A stretch of 64,000 bases of DNA from Amoebidium appalachense (GCA_963693365.1 CAVNZM010000008.1:8312818-8376817), one strand, 5' to 3'. Counted from the first letter of the stretch, positions 1 through 34,922 are shown. Numbers and translations are program-made. Notes: a model not told the origin generated them from the letters alone.

Positions 1-196
1 GGGGGGGGGGTGGAGGAGGAGAGGGCGGCGGAGGGGGAGGGGGGGGGGGAGGGGACTGAAAACGCATGAGGGGGATGCGGTGTGGCGTGCAGCAAAGTTC
101 ACAGATTCCCTTCTCCCCCTCCCCCCCCCCCCCCCTCCCCCTTTTCCTTTTCTTTCTTTCTTTCCTTTTTTTGTGGTCGTGTGTGTGTGTGGGGTG

Positions 197-236
<40 letters not shown>

Positions 237-304
237 CTGGGCCATGCTGCACGATACTGCTCTTTATTTCCCAACCCCCCCCAACCCTCACCCTCCCTCC
301 CCAA

Positions 305-384
<80 letters not shown>

Positions 385-611
385 GTTACAGATTCTCCTA
401 TGCACGTGGTAACTAAAAACGCCCTGTGCATGGCCCTCCCCCCTCCCTCTCTCCGAATCCCCCCTCCCCCCTCCCGTCCCCTCCCCTCCCCCCACCCCCC
501 CCACCACCACCACACAAACACACATCTTCCCCACCCCCCTCTTCCACCCTAAACACACAGCCTACGGTACACACGCACACACATCACCTCCCCCCCCCCC
601 CCCCCCCCCCT

Positions 612-648
<37 letters not shown>

Positions 649-1012
649 CATGGCCAAACACTTAGTGTACCCCCACCTTCCTTCTCACCTCCAAAAAAGA
701 AATGGGGGAAAGAACAAAAAAGAAAAAGAGCAGGATTTGCAATGCATGACTCAACGATAGCGAGCCTTAGCGCACTGCGTAGCTCTCTCTCTCCCCCCCC
801 CCCCCCCCCCCCCCCTCTCTCTCTCTCTCCAACGGCCTTTTCAAAATTACCTTCCCCACACTCTACATATATGATACATTAGGCACCCATTCCAGTCACT
901 TCTTAGTTCACAGGATTACACGGACTGTATCGGCGTCACAATGATTATCCAAACTCACACTGAACATATCTCTAACTCAAGGGTAGAAGTGTTTCAAACA
1001 GGGGGATTTTAC

Positions 1013-1912
1013 CTTTTTCATGGGGTCTGCCAGGTTTGCGTTCATAAGAAACAATGCATATCCGTGTTTCTGTGCGTAAACGTTGAAGTTTTGCAGAGCG
1101 TATGGGGCAATGACCGAGTAGTCCTTTTCCAGCGAATACCATTCGTCCTTTCTTTGAGAAGAACCTACAGCTGTGACGATTGCAAACGTTCCTGGTTTCA
1201 CTTTAACGCCCGAAGGAATAACCCCGTTTTCTTTTTCGTTTTCCCGAAGTCCTGCAGGTCTCTGAATCACCGGGATGCTGGAGAGAGCATTGTTTTCGTT
1301 TTCGTTTTCTAGTTTTCGGTTTTTTATGGCGAAATTCTTCTCCCATTCATCCCTATCATCAAAGTTTACGTTTTGAACATGGCCCAACGGATCTTTTCCC
1401 CCTTCAGCTGTCAGTTTCTTCAACATGGTTTGCTTGTGAGAGCTCGTAAAATCTAAACTGTCTAGATCTGAAGCCTGCAATGACTTACTTGCTTCGTTTT
1501 TCGTTTGTAACACGGAGGCAAACTTAACACACTCGGGGGAAAGTGCAAGGCACCTTTTGATATCATCGAGGGTCCCTCCGGCGATGATTGCACCCAAGAC
1601 ACAAACCTCGTCGATACAAGCACCGTTGCTACTTCCAGATCTTGGGGAAACGGGGTGGCCCGTTTTGTCCAAGAAGAGGGTGGTCGAAACTGAAGAAGTC
1701 GTTGCTAATCCATGTGCTAAAAACACGACGAAAAGCAGAAAAGAAAAGAGGAAAAGACAGCATTTGATGTTTGTGCGGCGCACCTTTGTAGCACACGCAG
1801 AAATACTGCCTTCACGCTCCATGTTGTGAGCTCTCGTTTCGCTTAGGCGGAAGGGTAGCACAATTTTTGGGTCGTTTTTTACACTGAAGGCTCCAAAAGG
1901 TTTAGAATTCAT
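1013..1912 (-). CDS. Exon 1 of GT34-like (GMA12/MNN10-type) glycosyltransferase paralog A, type II membrane protein; later exons lie left of the window
   Basis: ATG at 1912 (MNSKPFG...), TM segment CCLFLFSFLLFVVFLAHGLA, and VKPGTFAIVT...YAQKHGYALFL...LADPMKK nearly identical to paralog B. GTAAAA donor at 1012 at the same phase-0 position as in paralog B. Confidence 0.75.
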
Positions 1913-2182
1913 TTTTTCTTTGGAAGGACAGGCAGAAAAACAACAGCTAATTTTCGTTAAATTTATACAAAACCATACATGCTGAAACCTCAGAAACGTT
2001 GAGAAAGGAGAGAGTGTCGGAAAGAGAAGAAAGTGGAAAAGGTACAAAAAACCTACCTACCTATGGACGCAAGTCGTTTGTGTGCGTTGTAAACTGACCT
2101 AAATTTGTTGTATCGGTCGGTAGGTGAAGTAATAAACTGATAAACGGGTGAAAGCTCGCAAGGAAAGAGAGAGAGAGAGATA

Positions 2183-2250
<68 letters not shown>

Positions 2251-3417
2251 GCGTTTTTCGTTTCTTTTTTCGGTTTCACGTGTAATTGCTCGAGTGAGCG
2301 CTGATTGGATTGCATGAGCCAATCACAATTCGATGTTCTGGAACGGTTACGCCAGGTGAAGCGGCGGCCATGCATGTCATACAGTTACTAGAAAGGCGTT
2401 TGTCTTGTATTTACGTCATAGTAGTGAAAAAGCCGTTTATTATCTCTTAAAACATATAAGAGACTAAGATAGCTTCAAATGGAGATTGGTATGACGGTCA
2501 CCTCATAGTCATTTACTGCCAATTGTATGGCGCTTTTCGATTGGTCAATTTTCCCGCCAAATCCCTTCCAGCCGGCAGCCTGAGCCCGGCTGGCGCTGGT
2601 CACGTACACATGCACAGGTCAAGGGTACCACCGTGGGTCATTTGGCTGTGCACTCCCGGCACATGTCCTAATAGTGAATGATACATATGCACGTCTTCAC
2701 ATATAACTTCTGCCAAAGACTTAGCATGATGTTTTTTGGGCGAAATTTAAGTCTTCATGCTCAAGGTCACGACAAGGTGCGTCTAGGTCTGTGTGTGTGT
2801 GACGTACGGTTTGAGTGATCGTGTCGGACACAATATTATTCTGATCGGCTTATTTTTTTTTTTTTTTTTTTGAGAAAACTCCTCCGGGGAGACAATCGCC
2901 AGTTGCCATTGAGTTATGTAGCATGTGAGTCTACTGAACGCTTAAGGGCCTTAAGTTGCACAATTCCAGCTAAGTAGCGCTGCCGAAAGTGTCAAAACTT
3001 TAGCTTCTTGCTTTCACAAAATGTAGGTATGTTCCGAGCTCCCAGTGGGCGCCATCCTTATCATAAGTTATGCGACGATGCTGACTTCATTTTTCGTCGT
3101 TTTACTCATGATCAGAGCGAGTCAGCGGTGACACACCATAGCCATGTGCAGTTCTATCAGGCATACGTGGCTCAGGCCCTAGGCCTGACGCTGGAAATTT
3201 CCGAAGTTCATCGTTTTGCTGCGCGCGTTCGTCGTTGAAAAACACGAGTACTGTAGCTGTAAGCTGAGTTGACAATACGTTGCGTGAATTCATACTGTAT
3301 TACTTAACGCCTTCCCTGACGTCAGTCTTGATCATTATAATAACTACTTAAGTAGTATTATAGTAGGTTGATTCTAAGCGGAAATGAGAACATATTACCT
3401 GCATGATAATATCATCC

Positions 3418-3453
<36 letters not shown>

Positions 3454-3642
3454 ACCTCCATGGCCACCCCCACCGATCCCCCCCACGCCCCCCCCCCCCC
3501 CCCCCCCCCCCCTCCCCCCGCAGGCCCCTGGGGGGGGTGTCCCCCCCTCCCCCCTTCCCTCGAGTTGCCCTCCCTCCCTCCCCCATGTCCGCCCACCCCT
3601 TTGTGTGTGCGTGTGTGTGTGTGTGTGCGTGTGTGTGCGTGC

Positions 3643-3702
<60 letters not shown>

Positions 3703-3829
3703 ATGTGCCACGGTGTGTGTGTGTGTGTTGTGTCACGGTGTCAGTGCGTCGGAGTGTGCACGTGCGTAGGTGCGTGTGTGCGTGTGTGTTGTGTGTTGTA
3801 CGTGCGTGCGCACGCGCGCGCGTGTGTGC

Positions 3830-3982
<153 letters not shown>

Positions 3983-4549
3983 ATGTGTTGTGTGTGTGTG
4001 TGTCGGTGTGCCCAGGGTGTGTGTTTCCGTGGCCACATGATGGTGTTAAATTTGACGACCATATGTTGCAGTGACTGCTACACTGCCAGTGAGGGTCCGG
4101 CCACCTTTGGCAGAGCCATTTGAGCCATGCTTGCTCCAAGAGAATTCAAGTTAACAAAAAGCATGCGCATGCATGCCGGGCGTGGTTGGACCCTCCAGTG
4201 AGGTGTGTGCATGTGTGTGTGGGGGAGGGGGAGGGGGAGGGGGTAAGGTAGTGGGGGAAGTGAGGGGCCCGGAGGGAGAGAGGGGGGGGGTGGGGGGGGG
4301 GTTGGGGGGGGGGGGCACAGGGGGCGAGGGGGGAGGGGGGAGGGGGGCGGGGGGGGGGGGGGAAAGGCCTAGGGGAAAGGGGGATCTGGGCAAGCCTTAG
4401 GCCGGGGAGCACGTGCACGTGGCGCTTGTACTAATATCATGGAATACAGCAAGCGGATTAATTTTGAAGAATGAACATGAAATATGGTCTGCTCATTATT
4501 GGATGATATGCATGACTCGAATGGCAGTTTCCGGCTGGAATGCTCGGCA

Positions 4550-4705
4550 GTCTTTTCACTTAGGATTACTCATGAAGGAGTTTTCAGTGCAGGGCATAAT
4601 AGCCGGCCGCTTCGGAGTGACTGTCTTTCATCTAGGATTACTCATGAAGGAGTTTTCAGTGCAGGGCATAATAGCCGGCCGCTTCGGAGTGACTGTCTTT
4701 CATCT
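4550..4705. repeat. Tandem duplication, 72-bp unit, ~2.1 copies
   Basis: taggattactcatgaagg...gactgtctttcatc repeated at 4561 and 4633. Confidence 0.9.
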
Positions 4706-5100
4706 GAGTTATGTGTATAGTGTAGCTTCATCAGGTTAATTCAGGGTTTAACTTAGCAAAAGGCCTTTGGCGATGAAGAGATGTTCATTTTGGTCTCGGG
4801 TCCTGTACACTCTTCAAGTCCCTCGAGGCCATCATTCACTACATATGCTGCAAATACCGTGACAGCACATCGATATCAGATTCCACAGCCCTCGCCACAT
4901 AACTTGTTTCCACACGAGTACTGATCACTATAAAAAAAAATGACGTTGTGTAGCACCACACACGGTAATCAGTGTTCTGAACTGATGCGAGTAAGTTAGA
5001 ATTCATGATACCCGTAGCATTAATCTGTGATAGTTTCGAGAAAACTCTGTCGCGTACCCTGCGGTTCAAATCTATAACTTATTGTACACTTATTTACTAC

Positions 5101-5500
5101 CAGGGTTGGGCTGGGGTTGACCAGCCTAACCGTATGGCCCTTGGGCCAATCGTAACGGACTGTTTCTTAATCGTAATGGGGGGGTTCTTGTGAAGCGTTC
5201 AGCCCCGTCGAAAACGCCCCTCCAGTCAAAAATTCCAAATTTAAATGCACATTTTTACAAATTGAGTATTGCAGGATTACAGGCCCTGAGCACTGGTCGA
5301 GGCTCGATATTGCACACCAAGAGAGCTGCAGATAGGTTCTTGAACAGAAATATTGAAAAAATAGGCAAGATTAGATAGTCGAGCATATTTTACGCTAAAC
5401 ACCTGATACGAAAGCTGTTACGACGGCACCCCAACCTTATTCGTATCGGGGTCTCTCGTTATTCGTAATCACGACGATTTTCGTTCGTAATCTTACCCTG
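5101..5500. mobile_element. Non-autonomous hAT-like DNA transposon (400 bp)
   Basis: Termini CAGGGT...ACCCTG; perfect 8-bp direct repeat TTTACTAC at 5093-5100 and 5501-5508; TCGTAA subterminal motifs near both ends. Confidence 0.85.
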
Positions 5501-5644
5501 TTTACTACTACAAAAAATATAGCTTCACTGGCCATGGCATACGGTATCGCATAAAATCACTTGATGTTGCATAATATGCATATATATGGCATCCTCCCTA
5601 TAGCTGCTAATCACCACCTCACCGCCCATGAGTATTCGGTCCAC

Positions 5645-6216
5645 CTATCGTCTCTCAAGAGGTGTGAAATCATAAACCAAGTGCTGGTTGTGTCTGTCTT
5701 TGGGGTCGAGTCTTTTTGTCCATTCACGATAGTATTCAGGCAGCTGTTTTGTTTTCAGTGGCCCGGGAAAGTGAACCCCAAAATAGTGGTCGCTATTGAG
5801 AAGATTTGCCGCTCCACTTTCGCACAGGTGATAGGTCATGAAGTCACGAGGGGGGTTGTTCTGTGTATTTGCAGGAAAACCGTTAGCACCTGACCTCGGA
5901 ATAATCTGTTACCAAAGTCTACCCCCTCCCCCCCTCCCCCCTCCCCTCTCCCCCTCCCCCTCCCCCCCCCCCCCCCCCCCCCCTTCCCCCCCTCTCCCCC
6001 CCCCCCCCCCCAAAGGCCCTTCGTTTCTTGCAGCCCATATAATGCACATATATACACTGCCGTAACATACAACCACCCCCTCCCCCTCCCCACCGTTCCC
6101 CTCCCCTCCTCCCCACCGCCACCCGTGGCACCACCACCACACCATCCTTCCCCCACCATCACTCTCCCCTGTTCCGCTTCATATCTTATCCATCTCCGGT
6201 CGGCCCTCTGCATCCA

Positions 6217-6251
<35 letters not shown>

Positions 6252-6256
6252 AAAAA

Positions 6257-6295
<39 letters not shown>

Positions 6296-6565
6296 ACAGA
6301 CGCGCCCGCCCACCCGACCGCATGCACGCACGCACGCCTGCACGCCCGCCCGCCCGCCCGCACGCACGCACGGACACACGCACACACGTGCATGCACAGA
6401 CACACACCTCCAGCCACATATCCTGCAGATTTCCGTGTGCAAACTGAACGCCGAGACCCGTGCATGTAACCAGTATTGACATGTGCCACCGTGTACACGT
6501 GTTGTGCAAGTGCTGTAGCACAGAATCGGATGCCAGTGTAGGTGCCTACACTACAGAAGCCCCAG

Positions 6566-6619
<54 letters not shown>

Positions 6620-7516
6620 CCCGCTCCCTTTCAAGGTGAACCCCCGTTTTTTCTTCTCTTGCAGGCCCCCGAAGAGCATGGCCCCCGGAGGTGGTGGTGG
6701 TGGTGGTGGTGGTGGGGGGGGGGGGGGCTCTTGGATGTACAAACCTGCACATACTGGTGGTATTTTCCTCCAAGCATCGTGAGCTTTTCAAACGCTTCTT
6801 GATCGGTGTTGCTCTTTGTTTTAAACTCTTCATACAGACCCTCCCAGTCGGCTAACAGTTTTCGGGATATTTCACTGTTGCGTAGCATCATTGTCCCCGA
6901 CATCACCTTATCCGCTCTTACACCATTGAGACATTCACGGGAAGTGATGATGTGTTTTTCCTGCCCGACATCGACTAGCTCTTCGAGTTTTTTTGTTGTG
7001 TTCAGAAAGAGAAAGTCTATGTCCGTGTAGAAGACCCACTCGAAGCCCAGGTCGAGATAGTACTTGAGCGTTTCCAGTTTGACCCAGTAGAACTGTGGGT
7101 GTGGCAAAAGTTATTCTCAATCCGATTCATATAAAAAGCTGTTTGTGTGCTCAGGTTAATGATCACTAATCAAAAAGGGGGGACTGAATTTAGCTCATCC
7201 GGACACTGAGAGACTTTCCGGAACCCAGGAGACTAAGAACTCAACATCAAAACTGAAAGTACGAAAAACCTTCCTGCTCCCCCCCCCCCCCCCCCCCCCC
7301 CCAGGTCCCCCGCCTGCCCCAGACCTCAAATATCTAGGGCCCAACACACACCCATACGCACATGGACACCGTTGTCATTTTCACAAGCCTACCCCCCCCC
7401 CCCCCCCCCCTCTCAGCTGCGCCCGGGCGCAAAACTTTGGCACACCTGCATTGTATGTACACCCGCACTCCCACACACACAAATACACTTTTTCATTTTT
7501 GCTACATGATATCCCG

Positions 7517-7547
<31 letters not shown>

Positions 7548-8567
7548 CCTCTCCCCCCCCCTGCACCCATATTTGTTTTCCCACTGGAAAGCAGCAGCTA
7601 TGATAACAGTTCTGACATCATGAAAACTCCCCGAAAATGCTCGAAACCAGTGACAAGTCTCAGGTTGCCCCCCCTCCATGATCCCCCCGTCCTTGCCCAC
7701 CACCACCCCTACCCCAAAGCAGCCATTTATCTCCTTCCGTCTTGGACCCTCCTTACCCTCAAGGGGCCCTACTCGGCCCATAAAACCGAGCCTAAGTAGG
7801 CATATAAAAATACCTGCAGCGTATATATGCATAGGTATGTCAGAGTAATAAGTAATCATTAAGGTTCCATTAAATCATTGAAATGCTTCAAAGGGTGGAG
7901 AGAGATCAGGGCTTACCTTCTTCATAGGGTCTGCCAGTTTTGCATTGAGAACATAGAGTGCATATCCGTGCTTCTGTGCGTAGACATTGTAATTTTGCAG
8001 AGCGTACGGGGCAATGACCGAGTAGTCCTTTTCAAGCGAGAAGAATTCGCCTTTCACTTGTGAAGACCCAACGACCGTAACAATGGCAAACGTTCCTGGT
8101 TTCACCACCACTGTCTTTGAAACGTTAACGCCGCTTGTCAAGTGGTTTGTTTGATTTTCAACAGAGTGAACTTCAGAACCATTCGCCCCCTTCACCGCAC
8201 TTGAGTTGAACGATTTTGGGCAATCCGGGCCGGTAACAGAACATTTTTTCTGAATTAGTTCAATGGATCCTCCTGCGGCAATGATTTCTCGCATGCATTT
8301 TTCATCAATACAGCGACCCGCGTCCTCAGGAAACGTGGAAACGGTAGTGCTTATGATTTCAACCGTTGTGACCTGCGTAAATATGGTAGCAAGAACGACA
8401 ACGAGGGAGAAAAACGCGGCGACTTTAAGCACCCACACACCGTGTGTGTGACATGATGCACCGCAGCACCGCGACGTATTTTGTGGCCGGGTGTATGTTG
8501 TCCCGTTGACATGGACCACAACTTTTGGGTCCTGGTTTTCGCTGGTGAATAAGCCTAGTGCAGTCAT
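5645..8567 (-). CDS. GT34-like glycosyltransferase paralog B, 3 exons (8567-7917, 7092-6745, 5860-5645), ~404 aa
   Basis: All junctions are GT-AG, phase 0: ...LADPMKK|FYWVKLETL...WVFYTDIDFLFLN...SGTMMLRNS...W...DQEAF...YVQ|NNPPRDF...VHFPG. The YAxxHGY, WxK, DxD, GxxxxRNS, DQ and HFPG motifs follow the GT34 pattern; N-terminal TM helix present. Confidence 0.8.
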
Positions 8568-9378
8568 TTTTAGTAATAACTTTATGTGAACGAGGGCGTT
8601 CAAATTTGGAATCCGGATGTAGCCGCTTAATTGTAGCACGTCGTAAATTGCGTTAAATGCACCACAGACCTTGCATGCATGTACTGGAACCTGGTGTAAA
8701 CTGATTGTCACCTAAACACCACCCATACTAATAGTGATTGAACTGGTTTCAGTTCGCCCAATTATAATGAGATGTGAGCAAAAGAAAAATCTTCGTGGAA
8801 GGTTCTGGGATTTCAATCAAATCCTATGTTGGCGCTGCATGTGGATGTGAAGAGGTACTATATATATGTGGCTGCATGCATTTTTACATGGAGCTGCGGC
8901 CGGTGTTCTTCAGAGTGCTGTGTATGCAGGTTGCTTCCAAGAAGCGTTAGTACTGCAAATGATTTTAACACTCAGAGCTGAACTCAAAGCACAGAGGTCA
9001 CGCAGACGATCGTGAGGCTGACGAAAGAGCCGTTGTGGCTATATAAATCTGTCAGCAATCCAGAGATCTTGATGCCAGACCTATCATCCAATCAAGCTAA
9101 AGGTCATAGCCAATCAGATTCTGAAACTATTCCACTAATTTGACACCTACTGTAGGTCTGATTATCGTCTAATGTTGAAACTGAATAAAATACATGTCTC
9201 CGTAATAAGAAAGCAAAAAAATAGCACAGTGATTTCAACCTGACGTTCCTCGAACGAAGAGCTTGTGTTGGCATGATGTGGAAGCCTTTTGCTAAATTAG
9301 CTTACGTTGCTTTTATCAGATCTAATTTTACCCCTTTCTCGCCTCTTGGATCAAGAAAGAGAGAACTAGAGCGCTTAA

Positions 9379-9906
9379 AGTTCCCTCCGATACACGGCCA
9401 TCTAGAAACACCGTGCTCCGATATTATAGGGCTAACGCGTCCTAATTGCCACATAGTCCGTGTATACACCAATCAATTGCAAGGTGGATACCAGGCTCGA
9501 TTCGCTAGCTATCATGCGCAATCTGACGGCATTCAAAATAGTACAACTTCCTTTCTGGGATTGCGTGACGTCATTCCGTAAGACTGTAAATTCAATTTTT
9601 GCATAGCGGCGTATGCACGAGTATACTAACTCTCGGCGGGACCAGCAAGTTAAGTGAAAGTCGCTCTAGCAATGCGCTACGTTGTTGCAGCTCAAAGTAT
9701 GTGAAGCAAGTCTAAGAGAGATTTTCTTGTGTGTAACATTGTGGTGAGTTTTTTTATTACTTTTGTGGTCTCTAGTCTCGAAAACGCACTGATGTGGCCA
9801 CATGAGTCACATCAGACGTTGCGCAGGATTGGCGCTCATTTGATTGGTGTATACACTCTCTAATTGACATTAGTAGCGCGTTAGCCCTATAATATCGGAG
9901 GGAACT
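9379..9906. mobile_element. TTAA-flanked Kolobok-like MITE with long TIRs
   Basis: TTAA at 9375-9378 and 9907-9910, termini AG...CT. TIR AGTTCCCTCCGATATTATAGGGCTAACGCG is perfect once the 23-bp insert and one TSD copy are removed; inverted similarity continues inward (gtgtatacaccaatcaa). Confidence 0.85.
9393..9415. mobile_element. 23-bp micro-insertion with 5-bp TIRs and 8-bp TSD inside the left TIR of the MITE
   Basis: CTCCGATA|CACGG-CCATCTAGAAACA-CCGTG|CTCCGATA; the right TIR of the host element shows the uninterrupted sequence. Confidence 0.75.
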
Positions 9907-10878
9907 TTAAACCCTTGGCAAATTTCCTTGAAGCAGAAGTTGCCTCCTTTCTATCTAACAACTGTTGTAAACCTGGGCCTGTAACGCTCTCGATAAATGG
10001 TATGGCCCCAATAGCTGCTAGAGTATCCCACCTCGCGCTGAAATTCAATAAGCACATAAGCCGCTTAAGAAGTATTTGCCCTCCCACCCTCTCTTCTCTA
10101 TCCGACCGGTCCTGTCCCCTCCTCACCTCTCCCCTCTTTCCTTCCCTCTCTCTCTCCTTCTCCCCCTTGCACAAATACAAATAAACCCCGCAAAAGTGTG
10201 CGTGTGACTTTGGACTGCCACTTACTTATTAGACATGTACACAATCACAAGATAATTACGCAATATAATAACAAATGGAAAAAGATACCACACGACACCA
10301 GACCCGATGAAAGCTATACACGTGCACCTTGAAAAACTAAGTCCTTAAGCTTATGTCTCGTTTTATATATAATGACCGCCTTAACCAGATTGCCAAATAT
10401 GGCACTCGCAAATGTGTAACACCTAAATACATATTACCTTCCTGTAGAATTGGTCTTTCTCTAGCTGATGGTATTATTGATCACATACCACGCTTTTACT
10501 GTACACGTGCTATACAGTGGAGATCTAATAAGTATAAGGTGGCATCGTCTGCATGCCCAAACAACACACACACACACCAGTTTAAACGGTCATGTATCGC
10601 CAAATGTAGTTTGATAGACCACATAATACCGCAACACACACACGTCACATTCACAACAGACACTCAGAAAGATAGCCTACCTGAAAATAGAAAGATAGCC
10701 TACCTGAAAATTACAACATCCTTAATTTTATACTAAACACGCGTAACTACGACCTGTTTATTAGATATGTATTGATTGGCTTGAGAAACACATCATTACA
10801 AAATTCTAGCGCGCGCGCGCACACGCACACACACACACACACACGTGTACACACACACACACACACATACACACACAA

Positions 10879-10909
<31 letters not shown>

Positions 10910-10961
10910 CACACACACACACACACAACCAGCTGATACCGAGTGTCCCAGGGGAGCCCGG

Positions 10962-10992
<31 letters not shown>

Positions 10993-11020
10993 GAATCCCA
11001 ACTAATTGATTTCTCTGACG

Positions 11021-11151
11021 GTCTTTATGGTGTCTCGTAGAGAAAGTAAACCCTGATACATAATCATCACCCGACATCTATGTACGTGATCATGATATAC
11101 CGCTGAGGGGATATTCCGAGCAAAACCCCCCCATACCTGAGACTGGTCTCT
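11021..11151 (+). repeat. ~131-bp interspersed repeat, copy 1
   Basis: Near-identical (2 substitutions, 1 C-run indel) to the reverse complement of 34664-34795. Confidence 0.9.
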
Positions 11152-11505
11152 CTTTACCTCGAGTTCTGAGTAAAAGCGTAATCTATATGATTTTCACACA
11201 GTGTTCAGGTATCTCAGTATGCACTTGTTACTGGATAACTCGTGAAGTTTTTTTATTGTCTTCTCAGTATGCCGTGCATACTTGTCATATCTTTCCGTCG
11301 AATAAATCCAGTCAAAAGAAAAAACGTAATCTAACCCCAGATCTAATTTGTAGATAGATCTGTGCACATGTGACGTACGCACGTGGTGTCATAGACCCCC
11401 AGAGGCTGTTTGTGGCATTTGATGAGGTAAAGTGCCACATACTATTCACTATTAACACAACTATTGTACGCTGACATCAGCAAAAGAGAACCAACGGTTT
11501 TGCTC

Positions 11506-11540
<35 letters not shown>

Positions 11541-11589
11541 GTTACAGTGGCAGAGTCTGACCAGCACGGTGGGCAGCAAGTGAACAGAG

Positions 11590-11640
11590 ATATATGACGT
11601 CACTACAATAGGCTGCTCGGCCCTGATTGGTGGATTTAAA
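11590..11640 (+). promoter_or_regulatory. Putative promoter of the CEP152-like gene (CRE TGACGTCA plus inverted CCAAT box)
   Basis: TGACGTCA at ~11595 and CTGATTGG at ~11623, ~500 bp upstream of the ATG; a possible 5'-UTR donor (CAG|GTATAT) at ~11727. Confidence 0.35.
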
Positions 11641-12108
11641 TCGACCGCCAAATTTGTTTCAGCAGACCGTGACGGTTGCCTCCAGCTGCCCGAAAACTCA
11701 ACCGCTCGCTGGACGCCAGCGGACAGGTATATGTAGGCTGTACATGTATGTGTTTGCAGGATCGGGGCAATTTGAAGTTGCATTTATTTCTACGGTCTAA
11801 AAGGCCATATGAATATATGCATATTTTTACTGTGAAAACAGTCACGGTGCATGTTAGCAGGACATACAACTAAGCAGAAAATCGGCGTTCAGATACCCTA
11901 ACACGAAGTTGAGGTCAGAGATTTAGCGGTTATGCTTGTATAAACACGAGACCAAAGAAACATAATTGAAAGGGATTTCTTTGTGCCAAAAACTGCTATA
12001 ATAACCGTCTGTTCTTGTTCATAGGGCCTGCATTTTAGACATGCCAAAGATTCCACCTCAGAAATACTTTCTGAGATACCTCTCTTATCACAACGATTTT
12101 CTGTGAAC

Positions 12109-33178
<21,070 letters not shown>

Positions 33179-33236
33179 TAAGGTGTAAAACACGCATTCC
33201 AAGCCAAACACGGATGAATGATAGCAAGGTTTCGTT

Positions 33237-33274
<38 letters not shown>

Positions 33275-34136
33275 GTTTCTTTGCTTGCTGTTTGGTGATC
33301 CGTTGAAGAGAGGAAGGGGGGGGGGGGGGGGGGGGGGGGGGGTCCAAGAAACAAACTTTTTATCTGGGTACCCACATACCAATAGACAGTTTAGCTCAAC
33401 TAAGTTGTCCAGGAGCAAAATCAATGCTATCACTACAATGTATTTCTTTTATCACCTTGTTAGATTGACAAGGAAAGCTCTGCCAGTAATAATGGTTGTT
33501 TGTCAGCCCAGGGTTTCTCACCTGTTTGTGAATATGATGACCTTTGGTGCCCCTCTATCGCAATAAGTAGAGAAAAACTTAAGAAGTTTGATAGGTTTTC
33601 TTTTACGACCCTCTGTGTTCTTTAACACAGTAAGTATCCTCTCGGCCGTTTTTCTAAAAGCGGTCGGCGACTTGGTGTGCAAAAATTCAGTGTGCCATAT
33701 GGCTCAGACAAAATACCAAATGCAGAGGTATGGTCAAACAGTGCATACGAGCTTGCTTGGCAGCTCTGATAAACTATAAACTGAGAGAGCAAGTTATTTG
33801 TGCTTATGAATCGTTTATGTATCTCTCCGATTGTCAGGTGCGACCTTCCCCCCCCCCCCCCCCCCCCCCCCCCCCGGCCCAACACACACACATGTACACA
33901 GAAAAATGTACAGGCATGGTACCCACAGGCGCGTGCACACCCACACACCGGGGGGGGGGGGTCAAAGGAAAAGGAAACAAAATCTTGATCGTGAAAAGAA
34001 ATTTTAGTACCAGGTTGAAACCCGAATCAGTTACAAGCCTTTGTGTAAACAAGCTCGAATTGTTGGCATGCACTCCATAACACAATTCTTGCCGTGCCAT
34101 GGATTCTTTATGATCAACGATGTGCCATTGTCCCTC

Positions 34137-34169
<33 letters not shown>

Positions 34170-34663
34170 CGCACCCCCGGGCCCCCCGGGGCGCAGAACA
34201 CAAGCACTGCGATGCATGCCGGCACACAGACGGCACACACACGTGACACGCACACACACACTACCTATCACCACAACGTAACACCATACGGTATGCGAGC
34301 ATGTATGCCCGCCATATGTATGGCAGTTTTGATATCGTCACAGCAACAGCAGTCCTCACTCAAATATTTTCGTGGAGTGACTATCCAAAAGCCGACCGTT
34401 CGATCAGCAACAAAGAGTAAGGCTTGGAAGAGAGTGCATGGCTTTAATATTAGCAGGATTGGAAGAAGAAATATTCTTGGTTAACCTTGCACAACATGGC
34501 TGGGTTGCCAAACCCATTTTGCAGTATGTCTGTAGTATCCCTTCCGAAATGTGGGTCGGATCGGGTTACGGATCGTACCGAATCGACAGGGCTCAATCCG
34601 ATTTCTGAATCTGGATTGCCATTGTGGACCGTGGATGACCGATAGGCCTAGATCAAGGCAAAC

Positions 34664-34795
34664 AGAGACCAGTCTCAGGTATGGGGGGGGTTTTGCTCGG
34701 AATATCCCCTCAGCGGTATATTATGATCACGTACATAGATGTCGGGTGATGATTATATATCAGGGTTTACTTTCTCTACGAGACACCATAAAGAC
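34664..34795 (-). repeat. ~132-bp interspersed repeat, copy 2, ~140 bp downstream of tRNA-Arg
   Basis: Reverse complement of 11021-11151. Confidence 0.9.
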
Positions 34796-34847
34796 TAATG
34801 ATTTCGAAGCCCCGGAAGGCCACACGTACAAGGAAGGGACAAGGAAA

Positions 34848-34906
<59 letters not shown>

Positions 34907-34922
34907 AAGGGGGGGGGGGAAT

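Noticed and set aside
2900-3300. Possible coding fragment between the GT34 paralogs (also 4740-5070)
   Set aside because: Short ORFs with stops, no recognisable motif and no consistent splice structure.
4550-4705. CRISPR-like array
   Set aside because: A simple 72-bp tandem duplication without spacers, in eukaryotic DNA.
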